NCBI RefSeq assembly: GCF_018977255.1
Contig: NW_024704743.1
Location: 78,368,001 to 78,432,000, forward strand
From: Callorhinchus milii
Lineage: Eukaryota
Direction: 5' to 3'
Length of the DNA: 64,000 nt
Positions 58,001 through 64,000 of the stretch are shown piece after piece. Under the pieces are notes generated by a model that worked only from the letters and a program-made list of their open reading frames with translations, made no database searches and was not told the DNA's origin. How positions within the stretch are numbered: the first letter of the stretch is position 1; each line of letters begins with the position of its first letter. A program made the translations under genes and the position numbers.

Positions 58001-61000
58001 ATAATTTTATGTATTCATTTATTTGAAAGGATTATTACCCCCGGAAAGCGATCCACCAATCAACTACTTACTGCTATGTAGAGGCGTGTGGAGTAAGGAA
58101 ACTTTACTAAAAGTTCGCCCTGCCTGGAAATCAAACCTAGGTCCTCTCGCTTGCGAGGCGAGTGCTCTAATTTATACTCTACAGGACTCAATATTAAAGT
58201 TGTAACACACTAACATGTGGTGCAGTGATCCAAACAATTTTGTCCCAAGTAAAACACAAATTTCAATACAAACCTCGACTGAGTTTTGCAGCTAGGTCCA
58301 CGTACAAATCACTGTCATTTTCAACAGAGCAAGCTCGAGTTTTCTGCTGATTGGTTTCTTGCACAACATATTCATAGATAGCGAGACGATCCGCTGGAGT
58401 TAGGTCACAGACGAAACGCTTATGATTCTGAGGAACCTCACAAGGTGCTGATGAATAATCACCTAAATATATTAACAGTTTGTTCAGTTATTTGTGAATA
58501 ATTTAAAATCGTAGTGCAATGGTCCTATTCCCAGTTAAGTATAGGAAAATGAACCATCATATGCATTTTCTCCAAGAAAATAAAAAGCATTCATGCCTGT
58601 TTTCTTTCTCAATGCATTTCTTCATAAGGAAAGACTGGACAGTTTAGTTTGTGCACACCAACCAGTAACACATTTTCAAATAAGAGTTCAACAGATTTGC
58701 ATGTTAGCACTTGTAAGCAGTTCATTGTTATAACTATACGAGTAGTGAATTCACAATCCACACAGCACTGTTCCAATCTGCCAGCCTTGATGATGAAGGT
58801 TGTCATTTATTTGCCAGACCACTCGGTGAAGCTCTTGTGATACTGTACCTTCTCGAACACTGTTACTGAAGCCTCTTCTACCTTACTCCACAACAAATGT
58901 CTTACATTACATACTGACACACTGAAATGCTTGTGAAGTCAGCAGTGTTTACTGATCTATCCCACCAACTGGCGGAATGGGCTAACGGCAAGGGGAAATT
59001 ATGGAGAACAACGTGATTGTTTGCAAACCATATACCAAGCTTTCCTCTAACAAAAATAAACTTCTTTTGATTTATAGATCACAAAAGTGTATTATACAGA
59101 GTTAAAAAAACTCAATTAATTGTTTCAGTCTGAAAAAACAGGAACATGAGAATTTCTTGAGGATATTCATATTGCAGGTTCGGTTATAGCACTAAGCAGA
59201 AGAGCAGCAAACAAAGTAAATCACCCAAAATAGGAGGTATTTTCATCTCAATTAATAATTCTCCCCCTCTTCCTCACCCAAAAAAAGTCGCAGAACACCT
59301 TTAGCTGAAGCAACCATACCAGCCAGAGGTTGTACACCATATGCAGCAGCTGACAATGTGTTACAAATAAGACAAGTGAAGATTTACATCTTACACCAGG
59401 TGCTGAATTTACAGCACCAATAAACCAGTAAAAATTAAACAAAGACAGGAAGGAATTCCTCTAATTTACAATTCCTTTTGATGTTTTCATGACTAGTTAA
59501 ATAGGATAATGTTCTCTTCATTACTATCGCATTTCTTCCCAGAATGCAAATGAGTTTTTAGACATTAATCCAAAATCTATATTTGTAGTTTTGATTAATG
59601 CTGCATTTATGCATTAGTCTCAGCCATAAAGCATTACGGAGTTGGAACTTAAGTTTATTCAGTAGAGCCTCATAACAGGGTTGCTAAAATCTCATACTGT
59701 ATAGTGAGGCGTGATAGCTGGTTTCAATGTGCATGTAGTCAGCTGGCTGGACAGTTGCCTTGTTCCCTGCCGGCTTGTTCCCACACTAAAAAAAACCTCA
59801 CTCCAGGTCATAAGATCCCTAGGAAGTAATGTCAAGGGTGATCTAATGATGTAGAATGTGGTCATTTTAGCGCAAAAGATGGCTGGCAAGTAGGAAACGG
59901 CCAGCTATGCAAATTCACAGTGAATAGGGTCCACAGTGCAGTGCAACCCTGTAATAACTAAATCAAATAGATGCACATTATAACATAGCTACACTGTTCA
60001 GTGTTGAATCGGAGTAGTATAAACACAAACTATTTCAGAATTCTGCACCTCAGATATTAATTTTTCAATAACATTAAGGAATCAATCTCCCATCCGGCTC
60101 TTTAATCGCATTAGAAATCAGCCTGTTGAAGGTTATTAGGGCAGCCATTAGGTCCAAACTCCGTCCAGTGTATATCCACCATCTACAAATTGCAGTAGGT
60201 GAGAATCAACACTCCCGAATGCCCTCCTTCAGGTGTCAGGAAGTAACCACTACCTATATTGAATATTTGTGCATATCACTTCCTAAGGTGTCATATAAAT
60301 GCAGCACAAGTGGGTAAATGTAATTGTCAGAGACATCTGCTACCCCAGAAAATAAAACCTCAATTATATTTCAGACCCGCAAGTAACTGTCCATATATTA
60401 ATCTGGCAATAGGTCTACTTAGTAGAAATCAAGCACAGATCTTCAATTTCAGAATTGAAAGGAATTTTATTAAGATAGTTAACCATTCCATTATTTTGAG
60501 GTTCATATTTAAAGGATATAATTTTGAAAGGATACTGTATTTCAGACATCAAGTAAAAGTCTGTGCAAATCTGTACATGAGGAGAACATTCTTTCATGTT
60601 CATCATTCCTCTGTCAAATATACTCACCCCTGTTACTGAAAAAGAAAAACCAAAGTTTAAATTATCACATTCAAAAGAAATTTAATACTGAGTGAAATCT
60701 GCACCAACACAATTTAAATTATGTAAAGATTGATTGTTTCTGAAAATCTGTTCAAAAGCATCAGGTGAATTTACCTTTGTTAAGTAAGATTTCAGAAAGT
60801 ACTCCAAAACAATCACAAGCTGATGATAAATAAGTAAAGTTCAGATCTTTTACATTCTATGTAGAAATACAAGATGAAATTACACCTGGAGTTTGTAGTA
60901 AATATCTATGGAAAATAATAATATGAATCACTTCTACTGAATTTCATTGGAACAATTCTCCCCTCCATCCAAACTGATTTCAGTGACAATACTATTTCCA

Positions 61001-63160
61001 TTTAAGAAATAATTAAATGCACACACACAAAAATAGTTGATATCTAAACAAACAGAATGACCAGCTGCCTGTAAATAACAAGACTGCAGCCTTCAGAGTT
61101 TAGCTTGCTACATTTCACAAAGTCACCAACTTTATTTGACCAGGCAAAGTTATAATCTCATGTATTTCTTCTAAATAGCTTTTCTGATTTTTTTAAAATA
61201 GACCACCATGTCTAGTTGTGCAGCAATCTAGTAATGACAGGGATTAATTAGAATGAGGTAGCAATTCTCCTGTTCATTACCATCGCTGAACCACAAACAA
61301 TATATATAACAATTATTTCCAAAATAATATCAGAAAATGTACACAAAGCCCCATTAAAATCTGAATGATAGTGTATGTGTGTGCGCACAAGAATGACAAC
61401 GATTTTTTTTTCAGAATCTTGCTGGAGAGGTTCAAGAAAGAGCATTTCAAATGCAGGATCTATATTTCGCTTTCATATGCTGAATGACTTTCTGGGTACT
61501 TCAAGCATTCATATTTTTTTTCTCTCTCAACAATTATTGCCAGTTGTTTTAGCTATTTCTGTACTAGAAGGGCGTTTTCATCTGATACCTTTCAGGTACA
61601 ACCACCTTTTTAATACTGCTCTTTCTACCTGTCCATCGGCTGTCTACCTCTACTACTGGGAAGCAAGAACAAAGTTCCACAATTGGACAAAAAGATAATT
61701 TGCACTGCATCACGAGGAAAACTGGTACCCAGAATATTTAACTCATGTCAAAGCTTTTTAATAGCAACACGGGGGTATAAAGTACTAAAGCTTTAAGAAT
61801 CACTGTAATTAAAAAAAAGTAAATTCTAAACTTTCAATTCCAATTAGACTTTACATTTTAACTTTTGTGGTGAGTTGTCACTAAAACCACTCCCTAAGCA
61901 AGTAGGTGAATCATAGATCCAATTAGAGCACATCATTACTGGCACTGTATAAGCTTTTCAGCTACCTCATCAAAGAGGTAAACAGATATTGGGGTAGTAG
62001 AAGCTTTAAGGTATATTGGAAAATGAAGAGATATTGTGATTAAAAGTCTATCCAGATCTAATAAACAGGTGGAATAAGCTTCATTGGTTAAACAGCTTAC
62101 TCCTGTTCTATGTAATTATAATAGTTTCATCTGTATTTATCTACCATGCTATTATTGTTATACATACGCTAACTTAAGTGGCTCTTACAGAACATATAGA
62201 TGTTATAAAGATATAGTAAAGGTATAACCAATGCCTCAGATGTATTAATGAACACTGATAACATTGTTATTGTAAAATAGGAAACACAGATATGAATAGT
62301 CAGCCAATGTTAGCTCCTTGTATTAAATTCTATTTACACATATAATCCGACTTAAAAGTAATATAAATTCTAATTTGGATTTTACTCACTTTGGCAGAAC
62401 AGCCTTTCCTCTTTTCCAACTGGAGCATCATTTCTAGCCTTCTGAATTATCTGAGCCTGTAGTTCTTTATCTAAACAAAATAAACTGTCAGTTTCAAATA
62501 CTTCCAAATTAGTCTCATAATCTTAAACAATAGTACACAACCTGTGGCTCTTGTCTCAGCAACATGTAGTTGTGACATGATGGGTCACTGGGACAAAAAT
62601 ATTAAAAGTTTTAAGGAATGCTGTACAAAAAACAACTTAATTAGTTTCAACAAGCAATCACTGTATTCATCATTGAGAAATAAGCATGATAAATTATAAT
62701 ACACACATGTGAGCTGGAAAATGTATTCAAAATAATTCAAGTTTTAAGTTTTGGGCAATTTAGTTGTAACACAGTGACACTTAATAACAGGGTCACCTTC
62801 CAATATATTTAGTGCTAATAGAACATTTACTGTGTTTTGCTATTAAAACAGTTATTGTCATAAGTTAATGGCCTTGGAAAAATAATACATTTGACTCATT
62901 GGGTATTTTGGGGGATCCGTTTGAGAAATTACTCGATGTGATTGATTGGTTTAAAATAGTAATTTGCTTCATACTTCAAATTGTTACTCACACTAAACAA
63001 ATGTCAATAATCTCTAATGTTAAACTAATTTAGGAAAATATGAAATGTCCCTTTCCAAAGCTGTAATTTCAGTGAATGGTTCAGATACAATGAACTTACC
63101 AACTTTCAGAGTGGGCAGCAGAAATTTCTCGTAGAAAAATGAGGAATCGTACATTTTATC
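54981..63160 (-). CDS. SNRNP48: U11/U12 small nuclear ribonucleoprotein 48 kDa protein, last 7 coding exons (probably exons 3-9; the 5' exons lie beyond the window)
   Basis: Spliced translation contains [78 protein letters not shown] and a basic C-terminus ...HSHKRRK*, all matching vertebrate SNRNP48. Confidence 0.96.
55146..55313 (-). CDS. SNRNP48: SNRNP48 exon ([11 protein letters not shown]...RSRSPH...RKKRER)
   Basis: 168 nt, RS-rich, phase 2->2. Confidence 0.92.
55916..56049 (-). CDS. SNRNP48: SNRNP48 exon ([17 protein letters not shown]...)
   Basis: 134 nt, phase 0->2. Confidence 0.93.
56640..57190. mobile_element. CR1 3' end (+, ~56640-56860) and L2 fragment (-, ~56865-57190)
   Basis: CR1 tail gaggggctgaacagcctactcctg; L2 peptide [11 protein letters not shown]...[10 protein letters not shown]. 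Confidence 0.78.
57587..57708 (-). CDS. SNRNP48: SNRNP48 exon ([40 protein letters not shown])
   Basis: 122 nt, near-invariant motif. Confidence 0.96.
57830..58189 (-). mobile_element. tRNA-headed SINE (long subfamily)
   Basis: Carries the same central segment as the 21918 copy. Confidence 0.82.
58274..58462 (-). CDS. SNRNP48: SNRNP48 exon ([36 protein letters not shown]...[14 protein letters not shown])
   Basis: 189 nt, highly conserved motifs. Confidence 0.95.
60511..60535 (-). promoter_or_regulatory. USSE: U11 snRNP-binding splicing enhancer (tandem U12-type 5' splice-site motifs)
   Basis: Minus strand reads GTATCCTTT-caaaatt-ATATCCTTT inside the SNRNP48 intron that follows the 81-nt exon. 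Confidence 0.9.
60628..60635 (-). other. 8-nt NMD-inducing poison microexon of SNRNP48 (exon 4i-like)
   Basis: ttggtttttctttttcag|TAACAGGG|gtgagt; inclusion frameshifts the next exon to a premature TAA. Confidence 0.82.
62390..62470 (-). CDS. SNRNP48: SNRNP48 exon ([27 protein letters not shown])
   Basis: 81 nt, phase 1->1. Confidence 0.9.
63100..63160 (-). CDS. SNRNP48: SNRNP48 exon ([20 protein letters not shown])
   Basis: 61 nt, canonical sites, similar to human DEMYNPEFFYEN. Confidence 0.88.
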
Positions 63161-64000
63161 CTAAAAGGGCATGAAAATGTATGATAATTATTTTAAAAAA
63201 TCTATTAACATTTCTTTTAAAAACCCTTCCCTACTACCCAGAATTTACATTTCAAATTTTTTTTAAAAAAATGTATTGAGCTTCTTCACAGATCACTAAA
63301 TGCTATCAATTTCATAATATTTTGCATGCACGGAGAGAGAACTAAAATATAAGATTTTGGGGGGGATTAAACAAACATTTCACTATAACATCAATATTAT
63401 GCAATTCAAATGCTCCAAGTGTCTGAATATTAGTCAGCATACTATACCAGAACCATGAAAGTATGATTTTCAAATGCACAATTATAAACTAAAATATATT
63501 TGGATAATCAATGGGTAAATATTTACATGCTCAAGAATTTTTTCCCTCTTGGCATATTGAGATATGCTTTACTTATGACCTACGTGATATTCATCAAGAA
63601 GCCTGAGCCATATTAAATGAACTTCAACAAAATAATATAAATTGCTATTGTCCCAAAATAGAAATAGGTCTTTGAAAAGCACACTAAGGTTTGTCACGAG
63701 GGAGAGAGAAATAGATGGTGTGAAGGAATAAGGAGGAATGGAGGCTTATGTGGAATATGAACATAGGTTCAGACTAATTGGGCTGAATAGCCTGTTTTCG
63801 TGTTATATCATTCTACGTAATTCTTTGTAAGACTGAGTCTCAATTTTTGTGTGAGGTGCTCCGAGACATCTTGCCAATGTGATAAGGCGCTATATCAAAT
63901 GCAAAGATTGTCTTTGTCATATATCTACATTCTTTTTCTCAGAAAGTGAACACATGTCTAACTGTGTACATCAGAATAGCCGTTTGTGGTCATGATACAG

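Noticed and set aside
60511-60535. A real U12-type intron donor
   Set aside because: The motifs are tandem and deep in an intron whose flanking exons already join in frame via U2-type sites; this fits an enhancer (USSE) rather than a donor.

Overview
AT-rich vertebrate genomic DNA. The Deu-type SINEs, L2/CR1 LINEs and compact introns suggest a cartilaginous fish (inference). I assembled two minus-strand spliced genes by hand from GT-AG sites and reading-frame continuity. (1) The last seven coding exons of SNRNP48 (U11/U12 snRNP 48K; 63160->54981). One intron carries a tandem U12-type 5' splice-site enhancer (USSE), an 8-nt poison exon and a spacer hairpin. (2) About 3.3 kb downstream, a complete 29-exon, ~942-aa FACIT collagen (51672->18437). 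Its layout is signal peptide - acidic Ser-Gly-rich glycosaminoglycan-attachment-like domain - TSPN/LamG - COL2 (111 uninterrupted triplets) - NC2 - COL1 - CxxxxC NC1. It resembles COL21A1/COL9A1 but lacks both vWA and COL3, so it may be an uncharacterised proteoglycan-type FACIT. The rest is intronic or intergenic: L2 and CR1 fragments, two tRNA-derived SINE families sharing one 3' tail, a non-autonomous Helitron, an unclassified ~790-bp repeat, a MITE-like palindrome and a 36/38-bp minisatellite. Repeat boundaries are approximate, and family names come from recognition rather than database searches.
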